The position numbers were made by a program, and so were the translations under genes. From the NCBI GenBank assembly GCA_041556855.1, contig JBFFHS010000006.1, positions 819 to 64,818 of the forward strand: 64,000 nucleotides of DNA, read 5' to 3'. Below are positions 46,100-55,766 of this stretch, piece by piece. The notes beneath the pieces are model-generated. The model worked only from the letters and a program-made list of their open reading frames with translations. It made no database searches and had not been told where the DNA came from. The first letter of the stretch is position 1. The number at the start of each line of letters is the position of its first letter. This stretch comes from Gammaproteobacteria bacterium. GTDB lineage: Bacteria > Pseudomonadota > Gammaproteobacteria > Steroidobacterales > JBFFHS01.

Positions 46100-49000
46100 C
46101 AGCGGTGCTCCGGCTTATGCAGAGCTGCACTGCCTGAGCAATTTCAGTTTTTTGCGTGGTGCCTCCCACCCGGAAGCGCTGATCCAGCGTGCCGCCGAAC
46201 TGGGCTATGAGGCATTGGCCTTGACCGACGAGTGCTCGGTAGCCGGTGTGGTCCGGGCTCATGCAGCGGCCAAATCCTTAAGCATCAAACTGATCATCGG
46301 CAGCGAATTGACGTTGGAAGATGGGCTTCAGGTTGTGGTGCTGGCTACCGACCGCGCCGCCTATGGCGATCTGTGCGAGCTGATCACGCAGGGTCGCCGG
46401 GCAGCAGCAAAGGGCGCCTATTCGCTGCAGCGCGAGGATTTACATGCCGCCCTGGCATCCAGCGGGTGCCTCATCCTGTGGCTGCCCGGCGAAGAAACGT
46501 CGGTGGCTGCCGGTCAGTGGCTGGCAAGGACCTTTCCCGGGCGGGTCTGGCTGGCCGTAGAGCTGCTGGCTACGGGGCATGATCAGCGGCTGCTGAAGCG
46601 CTGGTGCCATATGGCAGATCAGCTGGGTTTACCCGCAGTCGCCAGCGGCAACGTGCATATGCATGAGCATAGTCAGCACGCCCTGCAGGACACCGTAACG
46701 GCCATCCGGCAACGCACAACTCTGCAACAGGCAGGATTCGGTCTACATGCCAACGGCGAGCGCCATTTGCGCTCCCGGCGACGGTTAGGCGCACTCTATC
46801 CAAAGGAGCTGCTGGCCCAGACTCTGGAGATTGCCCAGCGCAGTCATTTTTCCCTGGATGAGCTGCGCTATGAATATCCCTATGAGCTGATTCCAGATCG
46901 CGAGACGCCGGCAAGTCACTTACGCAAGCTCACCGAGCAGGGTATGGCCTGGCGCTGGCCCAACGGTACGCCGGACAAGGTGTGTCAGCTGATCGAGCAT
47001 GAGCTTAAGCTCATCGCCGAGCTGAAATACGAACCCTATTTCCTGACCGTTCACGACATCATCCAGTTTGCCCGCCGCCAGGGCATTCTTTGTCAGGGTC
47101 GGGGCTCGGCCGCCAACTCCGCCGTGTGTTACTGCCTGGGTATTACGGAAGTGGATCCGGCGCGAATGGCCATGCTGGTAGAGCGTTTTATCTCCAAGGA
47201 ACGCAACGAGCCGCCAGATATCGACGTGGATTTCGAGCATGAGCGGCGCGAAGAGGTCATTCAGTACATCTATGAGAAATACGGCCGTGACCGGGCCGCG
47301 CTAGCCGCCACGGTCATGACCTATCGGGCTCGCAGCGCTGTGCGGGATGTGGGCAAAGCCCTGGGGCTCGGCGAGTATCAGGTAGATGCTCTGGCCAAGT
47401 CCCTGCAGTGGTGGGATGGGGGTGAGATTGACCCAGAGCGGCTGCGCGATATTGGGCTGGCGGCTAACAGCCCGCTGATTATCCAGTTCTTGCGGTTGGT
47501 GCGCAGCCTGATGGGCTTTCCGCGCCATTTGTCCCAGCACGTGGGTGGCTTCGTTATTTCCCAGGGTCCCCTGTGTCGCCTGGTTCCTATTGAAAATGCA
47601 GCGATGCCTGAACGCACCGTGATTCAGTGGGATAAGAATGACCTGGAAGAGTTGGGGCTGCTCAAGGTAGACGTGCTGGGCCTGGGGATGCTGTCCGCTA
47701 TCCGGCGCAGCTTCGAGTTGATCAAAACATTTTACGGTAAATCCATGAGCATGGCCGATGTGCCGGCTGAAGACCCCGCTGTTTACGACATGATTTGCGC
47801 CGCCGACACAATGGGCGTTTTTCAGATCGAATCCCGGGCCCAGATGGCTATGCTGCCGCGGCTCAAACCCCGTTGTTACTACGACCTGGTTATCGAGGTA
47901 GCCATCATTCGTCCGGGCCCGATCCAGGGCGATATGGTGCACCCCTATCTGCGCCGCCGAAACGGCGAAGAGCCGGTCGCCTATCCCAGCGCAGCCGTGG
48001 AGGAGGTGCTTCAGCGCACTTTAGGTGTTCCGATCTTTCAGGAGCAGGTGATGCAGCTGGCGATTGTGGCCGCGGGTTTCAGCGCCGGCGAGGCGGATGC
48101 TTTGCGGCGGGCGATGGCTGCCTGGAAGCGCCGCGGCGGCTTGGGTTCCTTCGAGAAACGGCTGATCCGCGGCATGCGTAAGCGCGGCTACAGTCAGAAA
48201 TTTGCTGAGCAAATCTTCCAGCAGATCCAAGGGTTCGGGGAATATGGTTTCCCTGAGTCCCATTCCGCTAGTTTTGCGTTGCTGGTGTATGTGTCCGCCT
48301 GGCTGAAATGCCATCAACCTGCCGTGTTCTTCTGCGCGTTGCTGAACAGCCAACCGATGGGCTTTTATGCGCCGGCCCAGTTGGTGCGCTGTGCCCGCGA
48401 GCACGGTGTAGAAGTCCGGCCTGTTGATGTGAATCACAGTGATTGGGATTCCAGCCTGGAGCGCGATGCCCTGGGCAGACCATTGCTGCGTCTGGGCTTA
48501 CGGCTGGTCAAGGGGTTCTCCCAGCGTGGTGCTGAGGCGCTCGTTGGGGCGCGCCGGTTGGGGGCGTTCAGCAGCGCCCAGGATCTGGCCGAGCGCAGCC
48601 GTTTGGGCCGCAAGGATCTGGGCGCGTTAGCGGCCGCCGACGCATACGCGGGTTTTACCAGTGATCGGCATCGAGCCCGCTGGGACGTGGCCGGGGTGCA
48701 GGCGCCAACAGCGCTGCTCGCGGAAATCCGTATCCCGGAAGCGGTGCCGCTGTTAAAGCCACCCTCGGAGGGTGACAATATCGTCGCCGACTATCGCCAT
48801 CTGGGCGTGAGTCTGCGCCGCCATCCTATGGCACTGCTGCGCGAGTCTCTGCAGGCCCTGCAGACCGTTACGGCGGCAGGCTTAAGAGAGTTTTGCTCCG
48901 GGGCACGAGTCTATACCGCTGGTCTGGTCATTAACCGGCAACGGCCGTCCAGTGCCAGCGGGGTCACCTTTGTGACGCTGGAGGATGAGACCGGCTATAT

Positions 49001-49184
49001 CAACCTTATTGTTTGGCAGACGCTGGCCGAGCAGCAGCGCAAGGTGCTTTTGGGTTCGTCGCTATTGGGCGTTCGGGGTGAGGTGCAACGGCAGGGGGAG
49101 GTTCTGCATGTGATTGCCCACGACCTGGAGGATAATAGCCGACTGCTGGGGCAGCTAACGCTGCCCTCGAGAGATTTCCGCTAG
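46083..49184 (+). CDS. dnaE2: Error-prone DNA polymerase DnaE2 (ImuC)
   Basis: YAELHCLSNFSFLRGASHPEAL is the PHP domain start. The Pol III alpha core has RGSAANSAVCYCLGIT, DIDVDFE and FQIESR motifs, with a C-terminal OB fold. ATG 46083 overlaps the imuB end by 17 nt. Confidence 0.95.
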   Translation: MASSASSGAPAYAELHCLSNFSFLRGASHPEALIQRAAELGYEALALTDECSVAGVVRAHAAAKSLSIKLIIGSELTLEDGLQVVVLATDRAAYGDLCELITQGRRAAAKGAYSLQREDLHAALASSGCLILWLPGEETSVAAGQWLARTFPGRVWLAVELLATGHDQRLLKRWCHMADQLGLPAVASGNVHMHEHSQHALQDTVTAIRQRTTLQQAGFGLHANGERHLRSRRRLGALYPKELLAQTLEIAQRSHFSLDELRYEYPYELIPDRETPASHLRKLTEQGMAWRWPNGTPDKVCQLIEHELKLIAELKYEPYFLTVHDIIQFARRQGILCQGRGSAANSAVCYCLGITEVDPARMAMLVERFISKERNEPPDIDVDFEHERREEVIQYIYEKYGRDRAALAATVMTYRARSAVRDVGKALGLGEYQVDALAKSLQWWDGGEIDPERLRDIGLAANSPLIIQFLRLVRSLMGFPRHLSQHVGGFVISQGPLCRLVPIENAAMPERTVIQWDKNDLEELGLLKVDVLGLGMLSAIRRSFELIKTFYGKSMSMADVPAEDPAVYDMICAADTMGVFQIESRAQMAMLPRLKPRCYYDLVIEVAIIRPGPIQGDMVHPYLRRRNGEEPVAYPSAAVEEVLQRTLGVPIFQEQVMQLAIVAAGFSAGEADALRRAMAAWKRRGGLGSFEKRLIRGMRKRGYSQKFAEQIFQQIQGFGEYGFPESHSASFALLVYVSAWLKCHQPAVFFCALLNSQPMGFYAPAQLVRCAREHGVEVRPVDVNHSDWDSSLERDALGRPLLRLGLRLVKGFSQRGAEALVGARRLGAFSSAQDLAERSRLGRKDLGALAAADAYAGFTSDRHRARWDVAGVQAPTALLAEIRIPEAVPLLKPPSEGDNIVADYRHLGVSLRRHPMALLRESLQALQTVTAAGLREFCSGARVYTAGLVINRQRPSSASGVTFVTLEDETGYINLIVWQTLAEQQRKVLLGSSLLGVRGEVQRQGEVLHVIAHDLEDNSRLLGQLTLPSRDFR

Positions 49185-49199
49185 GTTTCGGGGCGGCCC

Positions 49200-49463
49200 C
49201 TAAATGTCGTAGTCGTCGAAATCTTCCAACTCACGAGCGGCGCGTTTCTGTTCCATCATCTCTTCGAGTCTGCGCCGTGCCGCCTCCGGACCCTGGCCTT
49301 CACTGCTCAGAAGACCATCCACTTCCAGATCGTGCAGCAGCGCTTCTACGTTGATTTCCACGGAAACATCGCCGACGTTGTCCGTCGACTCACGCACGAT
49401 GGTGGGTTCGTCAAACTCGTCTTCAGGCTCGAAACCGGTAGCCTCAACCTCACTCATATCCAC
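49200..49463 (-). CDS. Small highly acidic protein of unknown function
   Basis: 87 aa, D/E-rich, C-terminus RRRLEEMMEQKRAARELEDFDDYDI. From memory it resembles small acidic PA3496-like proteins; this is unverified. Confidence 0.45.
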   Translation of the reverse strand: MDMSEVEATGFEPEDEFDEPTIVRESTDNVGDVSVEINVEALLHDLEVDGLLSSEGQGPEAARRRLEEMMEQKRAARELEDFDDYDI

Positions 49464-49622
49464 CCCTCCCTACCAGGCGGAAGACACAAAGTGTTATTAC
49501 GTTTAAAGCTTGAACGCCGCTGTTATAGCGCTAAGTCAAGGTCTTGGCAATGACGAAATTCGTAACTTGTGAAGTGGTCCACAATGCCGCATAAAAACGG
49601 AAGATTTTCAGCACATTAGACG

Positions 49623-50840
49623 TCAGGCAACCAGCTGGTTGATCTGGAAAATAGGTAGCAGAATGGCCATCACGATCAATAAGACAACCAGCCCCATAAA
49701 GACGATCAGGGCCGGCTCCAAGGTCCCCAGCAGCGTATTGATCAGCGAGTTCATCTCGCTTTCCTGGTGAGCCGCGGCACGCTCCAGCATGCTGTCCAGC
49801 TCGCCACTGGCTTCGCCGCTGGAAATAAGGTGGATGCTCATGGGCGGAAACAGCCGGCTCACCGCCAGGGCCCGGCCAATGGCGCCACCCTCGCGAACCT
49901 TTACGGCCGCTTCGTCGATCGCGTCGCGCATGGGTAGATTGGTGACCACCGAGGCCCCGATGCGTAACGCCTCCAGCACCGGCACACCGCTGCTGGAAAG
50001 AATACTCAGGGTGCGGGTGAAGCGTGCCGTGTTCAGGCCACGAACCAGGCGGCCTACCAGCGGCAGGCTGAGCAATGAGCGGTGGTAGCGGCGGCGTGGC
50101 CCGGGCTCCTTGAGAATCCGCCGAATAGCCAGGGTTATGCCCACCACCAGCAGCAGTATCAGCCACCACCAATCCCGCAGGAAGTCGCTGGTGGCGATCA
50201 GTACGGTCGTCAGCAGCGGCAGCTCGTTACCCGTGTTTTCAAACACGCTGATGACCTTCGGTACCACGTAAACCAGCATGGCAGTGATGATGCCGAAGGC
50301 CATGGTGGTCAGCACGATGGGATAGATCATGGCGTGGCTGACCTGCTGCCGCAGCGCCTGGCGTGACTCGGTGTAGTCGGCGAGCCGTTCCAGCACCGCA
50401 TCCAAGTGACCCGCCTGTTCGCCCGCCGCCACGGTGGCTCGGTAAACCTCCGGAAAGGCCCGGGGAAATTCCTCCAGGCCGGCGGCCAGCGTATGGCCTT
50501 CCATAACCTTTGCCCGAACGCCAAGCATAATGGTCTTCAAGCGGGGTTTGTCGGTTTGCTCACTGACGGCTTGCAGTGCCTCTTCCAGCGGCATTCCGGC
50601 GCGTGCCAGGGTCGCTAGCTGGCGGGTCAAGAGGGCCAGATCCAGGGCAGAAACCCCTCGCCGCGCGGAAAGCTTGGTTCCAGTCCGGCGTTCTTGCTGC
50701 GACGCCACCTCAGCCACCGTGACGGGCATGAGCTTGCGCTCACGCAGCAGCTGGCGCACCTGGCGCGCGGTATCTCCTTCCAGAACGCCTTTGCGCTCTT
50801 TCCCCCGGGTGTCTACGGCGACGTATTGATAAGCGCCCAT
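49623..50840 (-). CDS. gspF: Type II secretion system inner-membrane platform protein GspF
   Basis: 405 aa with two GspF repeats and 3 TM segments. It follows gspE, with a start/stop overlap at 50840. Confidence 0.93.
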   Translation of the reverse strand: MGAYQYVAVDTRGKERKGVLEGDTARQVRQLLRERKLMPVTVAEVASQQERRTGTKLSARRGVSALDLALLTRQLATLARAGMPLEEALQAVSEQTDKPRLKTIMLGVRAKVMEGHTLAAGLEEFPRAFPEVYRATVAAGEQAGHLDAVLERLADYTESRQALRQQVSHAMIYPIVLTTMAFGIITAMLVYVVPKVISVFENTGNELPLLTTVLIATSDFLRDWWWLILLLVVGITLAIRRILKEPGPRRRYHRSLLSLPLVGRLVRGLNTARFTRTLSILSSSGVPVLEALRIGASVVTNLPMRDAIDEAAVKVREGGAIGRALAVSRLFPPMSIHLISSGEASGELDSMLERAAAHQESEMNSLINTLLGTLEPALIVFMGLVVLLIVMAILLPIFQINQLVA

Positions 50841-52333
50841 CAGTCAGCCCGGGTGACGCGCAGCACCTCCTCCAGCGTGGTGGTGCCGGCCAGTACTTTC
50901 TGCCGGCCATCCTCCCGAATACTGGGTCCCTGGCTGCGGGCATAGTGCTCAAGTTCGTGTTCGCCAGCGCCGTCGTGAATCATGGTGCGCATGGTGTCAT
51001 CGACCGCGATGAGCTCGTAGATACCGGTCCTGCCCCTGAATCCCGCGTCGCCGTTTACCGGTCGATAGAGGGTCGCAGGCTGGTCAGGCTCCAGATCCAG
51101 CATACGACATTCGTATTCGCCGGCCGGGTACGCTTCCCGGGTATCGGTATCCAGGACCCGTACCAGCCGCTGGGCCAGCACTCCGATCAGGCTCGACGAC
51201 AACAGGAAGGGCTCGACCCCCATGTCGCGCAGACGGGTCACCGCGCCTACCGCAGTATTTGTATGCAGCGTCGACAGAACCAGGTGCCCGGTCAAGCTGG
51301 CTTGCACTGCGATCTCGGCGGTCTCCAAGTCGCGGATTTCGCCCACCATCACGACGTCCGGGTCCTGGCGCAGGATCGCCCGGAGGCCGCGGGCAAAGGT
51401 CATTTCCACCTTGGTGTTGACCTGGGTTTGACCAATCCCGTCGATGTAATACTCGATGGGGTCTTCCACGGTCATGATGTTGCGGCTCAAGTCGTTGATG
51501 CGCTCCAGCGCCGCGTACAGGGTGGTGGTCTTGCCGGAGCCGGTGGGGCCAGTTACGAGAATGATGCCGTGGGGCTTGTGTATGAGCTCATCCACGGTGG
51601 TTTGAATTGCCGGGGCCATGCCCAAGCTGTCCAAGTCGAGTCGGCCCGCCTGCTTGTCCAGCAGCCGCAGCACGACCCGCTCACCATGCCCGGAGGGCAA
51701 AGTGGAGACCCGCACGTCCACGGCGCGCCCGGCAATTCGGAGGGAGATCCGGCCGTCCTGAGGCAGGCGTTTCTCCGCGATGTCCAACTTGGACATGACT
51801 TTGATGCGGGATACCACCAGCGGTGCCACGGCGCGGCGGGATTGCAGAACTTCCCGCAGCACACCATCGATGCGAAATCGCACGACCAGCCGGTTCTCGT
51901 AGGGCTCGATGTGAATGTCCGAAGCGTTGTCTTTGACGGCCTGAGTAAGCACGGCATTGATCAGGCGGATAATAGGCGCGTCATCCTCGCTTTCCAGAAG
52001 ATCCGATGGTTCAGGCAGCTGGTTGGCTACCTCGTCCAGGTCCTCCGTTTCCTCATCGAACCCTTGCACCATCTGCATCGCGGCGCCGCCTTCGTAGGCC
52101 GTCTGCAGCAGCGTGTCGAAGGTGTCTTCATCCACAGGCGTCAAGACAACCGGCACGCCGGCAAAACGCCGCAGCTCCGCAAGAGTCAACTGGGACACAC
52201 CTGGACGGAAGACGGCGTCCGCCTGGCCATTCTGGTAGTCCCGGATCAGTACCCCGTGGCGTTTCGCAAACGCAAACGGCAGGCGTTTTCCAACGTCTCG
52301 TTGTGCAACGAGGGCCTCAGGCTCAGCTGCCAT
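50840..52333 (-). CDS. gspE: Type II secretion system ATPase GspE
   Basis: GPTGSGKTTTLYA (Walker A), ILRQDPDVVMVGEIRD (Walker B/Asp box), TGHLVLSTLHTN (His box) and tetracysteine-region remnants. Confidence 0.95.
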   Translation of the reverse strand: MAAEPEALVAQRDVGKRLPFAFAKRHGVLIRDYQNGQADAVFRPGVSQLTLAELRRFAGVPVVLTPVDEDTFDTLLQTAYEGGAAMQMVQGFDEETEDLDEVANQLPEPSDLLESEDDAPIIRLINAVLTQAVKDNASDIHIEPYENRLVVRFRIDGVLREVLQSRRAVAPLVVSRIKVMSKLDIAEKRLPQDGRISLRIAGRAVDVRVSTLPSGHGERVVLRLLDKQAGRLDLDSLGMAPAIQTTVDELIHKPHGIILVTGPTGSGKTTTLYAALERINDLSRNIMTVEDPIEYYIDGIGQTQVNTKVEMTFARGLRAILRQDPDVVMVGEIRDLETAEIAVQASLTGHLVLSTLHTNTAVGAVTRLRDMGVEPFLLSSSLIGVLAQRLVRVLDTDTREAYPAGEYECRMLDLEPDQPATLYRPVNGDAGFRGRTGIYELIAVDDTMRTMIHDGAGEHELEHYARSQGPSIREDGRQKVLAGTTTLEEVLRVTRAD

Positions 52334-54305
52334 CGTCCGTAATCTCTCCCTGGTCGTCGGAGTCTTCAGAAGCGGTCTGGGGCTGCGGCCGTGCGGCTGG
52401 CAGTTCCGGTAGGACCGGGCGTTGCTGTTCGCGCATCAGTCGAATATTTCTCTGGCCTTGCTCGATCTGTAGATCACGAATGTAGTTGTATTTGGCATTG
52501 GATTCGAAACGGGCCTGCACACCGTCCCGGAGGATGGTCGGTTTGATGAAAACCATTAGATTGGTCTTGAGCTTCTCCGTTGAGCGGGCACGGAACAGCG
52601 CCCCCAAAATGGGGAGGTTGCCCAGAACCGGCACCCGCTGCTCGCTTTCGCGCACCGTGTCGTCGATCAATCCGCCCAGCACCAGCACGTCCGTATCTTC
52701 TACGAAGACCGAGGTTGAGATGGTGCGGTTGTTGGTGATCAGGTCAACGGCACCGGAGGCACCCTGGCTGATGCTGGAGGTCTCCTGTTCGATCTTCAGC
52801 AGTACGCCGCTGCCTTCGTTGATCTGGGGCGTGATTTTCAGGCTGGTGCCAACCTCTTCCCGCTGAATTGTCTGGAACGGATTCACGGCGCCTGCGGCCG
52901 CGCCGGTATTCGTGAACGAACCGGTCAGGAAAGGCACCTCCTGGCCTACTTTTATCTCCGCTTCCTGGTTATCCATGGTCACGATGGTGGGCGTTGAGAT
53001 AATGTTGGTGTTGGCATCGCCGGCCAGGGCCGAGATGATTGCCGCGAAGCTGGTGCCGTCGTCCCGGAGTCGGCCCACGCCAAGGGTAATGCCCTCCGGC
53101 AGCACGCTGGGGTCGGCAACTTCGCCGCCCGCGGCCGTGGCCAGCTGGACGATCCCGGGGACGGTTGATCCGAAATTAGTCAGGCCAATGGCGTTGTCGC
53201 CGTCACTGCCGTCCACCGCCCAGGTCACGCCGAGCTCAGCAGCTCGGTCGTCGGTGATCTCCACAATGATGGCCTCTACCAGCACCTGGGCGCGGCGGAT
53301 GTCGAGCTTATCCACGACCACCATCATGTCGCGCATGCTCTTGGGCGGCGCGGTGACCACCAGCGCATTGGTGGGTTCGTCGGCCCAGATCTGAATTTCA
53401 GTCCCTGGCGCGGGAGCCGCGCCACCCTGACCACCAGCCGCCGCGCCGCCGAACTGGGTCTGCAGTTTGGTGGCCAGTTCCTCCGCGTCGGCGTAGTTGA
53501 GATAGCGTACTTGGGTGTCGCCGCCGTCCTCGGTTGGTGTGTCCAGATGAGACACCAGCGCGCGCATGCGCAAACGGCCGTTTTTCGACCCGCCGATCAG
53601 GACGCTGTTGGTGCGGTCGTCCGCCACGATCTGCATAGACGGCGCGCCCCCGGCCGCCTGGGTAGCCTGGTTCAACGCGGATAGCATCCGCACCACCTCC
53701 GCTGCCGAGGCATGCTCCAGTGGGATGACCTCGATTTCCTCGTCGCCGGCTTGATCAATGCGATCGATGATGCGCATCAGCCTGCGAACATTTGCACCCC
53801 GGTCGGAAATGATCAGCATGTTCGAGGCGGGATGGGCGGCAAGATGACCGTACTGAGGGATCAGCGGTCGCAGAATGGGTACCAGCTGCGCTGCACCCAC
53901 GTTGCGCAACATCAGCGTCTGGGTGACCAACTGGTCGCCACTGGCGCTGGTGGGGCCGGGAAACTGGCGAGCGTTGGCATCGGGCACGATCTTGGTGATC
54001 TCACCCGAGGGCACCGCCACGAAGCCGTGTACCTGCAGAATGGACAGAAACGTCTCATAGAATGCGTCCGCGCTCATGGGCGTGGCCGACAGCATGGTGA
54101 CTTGCGCCTTGACGCGCGGATCCAGTACGAAGTTCTTGCCCGTGACCTCGCTGACCGCTTCGACGATCTGTCGGATATCGGCTTCGCGGTAGTTGGGCTT
54201 GATCATCGCCTCGTCTTCCTGGGCCTTGACCGCGGGGAGGAACCAGCTCAAAGCCATGACCAAAACGATCGCGAGGGCGGCATGATGATGTTTGTGCGCT
54301 GTCAT
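52323..54305 (-). CDS. gspD: Type II secretion system secretin GspD
   Basis: Signal peptide, N0-N3 domains and secretin C-domain (VLVLGGLIDD....VPVLGNLPILGALFR). Confidence 0.93.
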   Translation of the reverse strand: MTAHKHHHAALAIVLVMALSWFLPAVKAQEDEAMIKPNYREADIRQIVEAVSEVTGKNFVLDPRVKAQVTMLSATPMSADAFYETFLSILQVHGFVAVPSGEITKIVPDANARQFPGPTSASGDQLVTQTLMLRNVGAAQLVPILRPLIPQYGHLAAHPASNMLIISDRGANVRRLMRIIDRIDQAGDEEIEVIPLEHASAAEVVRMLSALNQATQAAGGAPSMQIVADDRTNSVLIGGSKNGRLRMRALVSHLDTPTEDGGDTQVRYLNYADAEELATKLQTQFGGAAAGGQGGAAPAPGTEIQIWADEPTNALVVTAPPKSMRDMMVVVDKLDIRRAQVLVEAIIVEITDDRAAELGVTWAVDGSDGDNAIGLTNFGSTVPGIVQLATAAGGEVADPSVLPEGITLGVGRLRDDGTSFAAIISALAGDANTNIISTPTIVTMDNQEAEIKVGQEVPFLTGSFTNTGAAAGAVNPFQTIQREEVGTSLKITPQINEGSGVLLKIEQETSSISQGASGAVDLITNNRTISTSVFVEDTDVLVLGGLIDDTVRESEQRVPVLGNLPILGALFRARSTEKLKTNLMVFIKPTILRDGVQARFESNAKYNYIRDLQIEQGQRNIRLMREQQRPVLPELPAARPQPQTASEDSDDQGEITDDGS

Positions 54306-54326
54306 GAGACGTCCTTGTGTTCGTTC

Positions 54327-55259
54327 TTACTCGCGTTGCTGATCCAATTCACCGAGAGAACTGGTGTCTATCACCAGGACCTCGTCCTGGCCTCCACGGC
54401 GCACGGTTACCGTTGCCTGGGTAGACTCACCCAATGCTTCGAACACCTGGAGGCCGGCGCTGGGGTCGGTCATGGCCGTGCCATTGATATCAGTGACGAC
54501 GTCACCTGGGCGCAGCCCCAGCGAGGCGAATTGCTGCCGGTCGCGACCCGGGTTAATCCGGAAACCCACCATCTGCCCCTGTTCCATGTGGGGTGCCACG
54601 CGGATGATGTCTGAGATCTTCGACGCGTTTGATGCAATGACGTTTCGCAGCGAACTCTCCGTTGGGGTAGGCCGTGCCCGCGTCGGCACATTGGCGCGCC
54701 CGCGCGCTGCTGCAGCGAACTCCTTGGGTAGCCGCAGCGCTTCCAGAATGCCGCCGCGATTCAGAATGACCCGATCGTCCTGAACCTCGTGGACTTTCGC
54801 GCCGCCGGGAACCGCATCGCCAACCTTATAAAGTTTCTCCTGGCCCCGGTTGTCCGCGACGATCGCTAATCCGCCGCTGGGATCGTCTCCCGCGATGATG
54901 CCTCGCAGCTTGAGGCTCAGGCGGGTCTCTGGCGCGTCTTCGACCTGCTGGACGACCGGCGCGGGTGTTGCGCTGGCCTCGCCGAATAGATGCGCGCCCA
55001 GCACGGGTTCCAGGTCCAGCGGCGCGGCCGAGCGAGCTGCGCTCGGGGCGGGGGCTACGACAATATTGGGCGCGAGCTCACCAGCGGGCATCAGCAGCCA
55101 GGTGACTTCCGCAAGCTTGTACGCGGCCGCAATCACCACCAGCGCGGTGACCCAGGGCGGCAGCACGCGGCCGGCGGTTGCGGCCCACTGGCCCGGATCC
55201 TGGGCCACCAACTGGCTTATTCGCTGTGCAATCATCGAGTTGCCCGCGGAGCCGGCCAC
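54327..55259 (-). CDS. gspC: Type II secretion system protein GspC (PDZ-containing)
   Basis: N-terminal TM (PPWVTALVVIAAAYKLA), HR domain and C-terminal PDZ (GFRINPGRDRQQFASLGLRPGDVVTDINGT). It lies at the head of gspDEF. The start may be ATG 55235. Confidence 0.7.
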   Translation of the reverse strand: MAGSAGNSMIAQRISQLVAQDPGQWAATAGRVLPPWVTALVVIAAAYKLAEVTWLLMPAGELAPNIVVAPAPSAARSAAPLDLEPVLGAHLFGEASATPAPVVQQVEDAPETRLSLKLRGIIAGDDPSGGLAIVADNRGQEKLYKVGDAVPGGAKVHEVQDDRVILNRGGILEALRLPKEFAAAARGRANVPTRARPTPTESSLRNVIASNASKISDIIRVAPHMEQGQMVGFRINPGRDRQQFASLGLRPGDVVTDINGTAMTDPSAGLQVFEALGESTQATVTVRRGGQDEVLVIDTSSLGELDQQRE

Positions 55260-55400
55260 GTGGCCGAGTCCCAGTTAAACAAAGGATGATATCGGCTTCT
55301 TGCCTGATTTCACAAGGTATTTTGTCTCAGTTTCCTCGTAATACTGGACGACTGGAGTCACAAGCTGAGAAACTACTTGAGGTACTCGAACGCACGGTCC

Positions 55401-55429
55401 TTGTAAACTGAGAGAGCTAAACCTATATA
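55401..55429 (+). promoter_or_regulatory. Candidate sigma-70 promoter directly abutting the clpS start codon
   Basis: TTGTAA (55401-55406), 17 nt, TATATA (55424-55429). The ATG of clpS is at 55437. Confidence 0.3.
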
Positions 55430-55436
55430 TGGCGCT

Positions 55437-55766
55437 ATGTCCGATCAGGACCCCCGCATCGGTCAGGATGACGATCACGGCCTCGCCATTGAGGAGGCTC
55501 GGCCGCGGCTCAAGAAACCCCCGTTGTATCGAGTGGTGTTATTGAACGATGACTATACCCCTATGGAGTTCGTCGTAGAGGTGTTGCAGAAGGTGTTCTC
55601 AATGGACAGAACCAATGCAACCCGCATCATGTTGGAGGTTCATACCAAGGGCAAGGGCGTCTGCGGTGTCTACACCTATGAGATCGCGGAGACCAAGGTG
55701 GCCCAGGTTACTGGTCTCGCGCAGCAGCACCAGCATCCGCTGTTATGCACTATGGAAGAGACTTAA
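55437..55766 (+). CDS. clpS: ATP-dependent Clp protease adaptor ClpS
   Basis: [29 protein letters not shown] is the ClpS core motif. Confidence 0.93.
   Translation: MSDQDPRIGQDDDHGLAIEEARPRLKKPPLYRVVLLNDDYTPMEFVVEVLQKVFSMDRTNATRIMLEVHTKGKGVCGVYTYEIAETKVAQVTGLAQQHQHPLLCTMEET

Noticed and set aside
43196-49184. Impression that the lexA-imuA-imuB-dnaE2 cassette has lower GC than its flanks, which would suggest horizontal acquisition
   Set aside because: Hand counts of a few 60-nt lines gave about 55-58% in the cassette versus about 60-63% elsewhere. That is too small and too sparsely sampled to support a claim. No flanking repeats, tRNA or integrase are present. A sliding-window GC and codon-usage calculation is needed.
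49185-49200. GGGGCGGCCCC palindrome between the convergent dnaE2 and acidic ORF as a possible terminator
   Set aside because: The stem would be at most 4-5 bp with a 1-3 nt loop and no U-tract, so it is not a credible intrinsic terminator.
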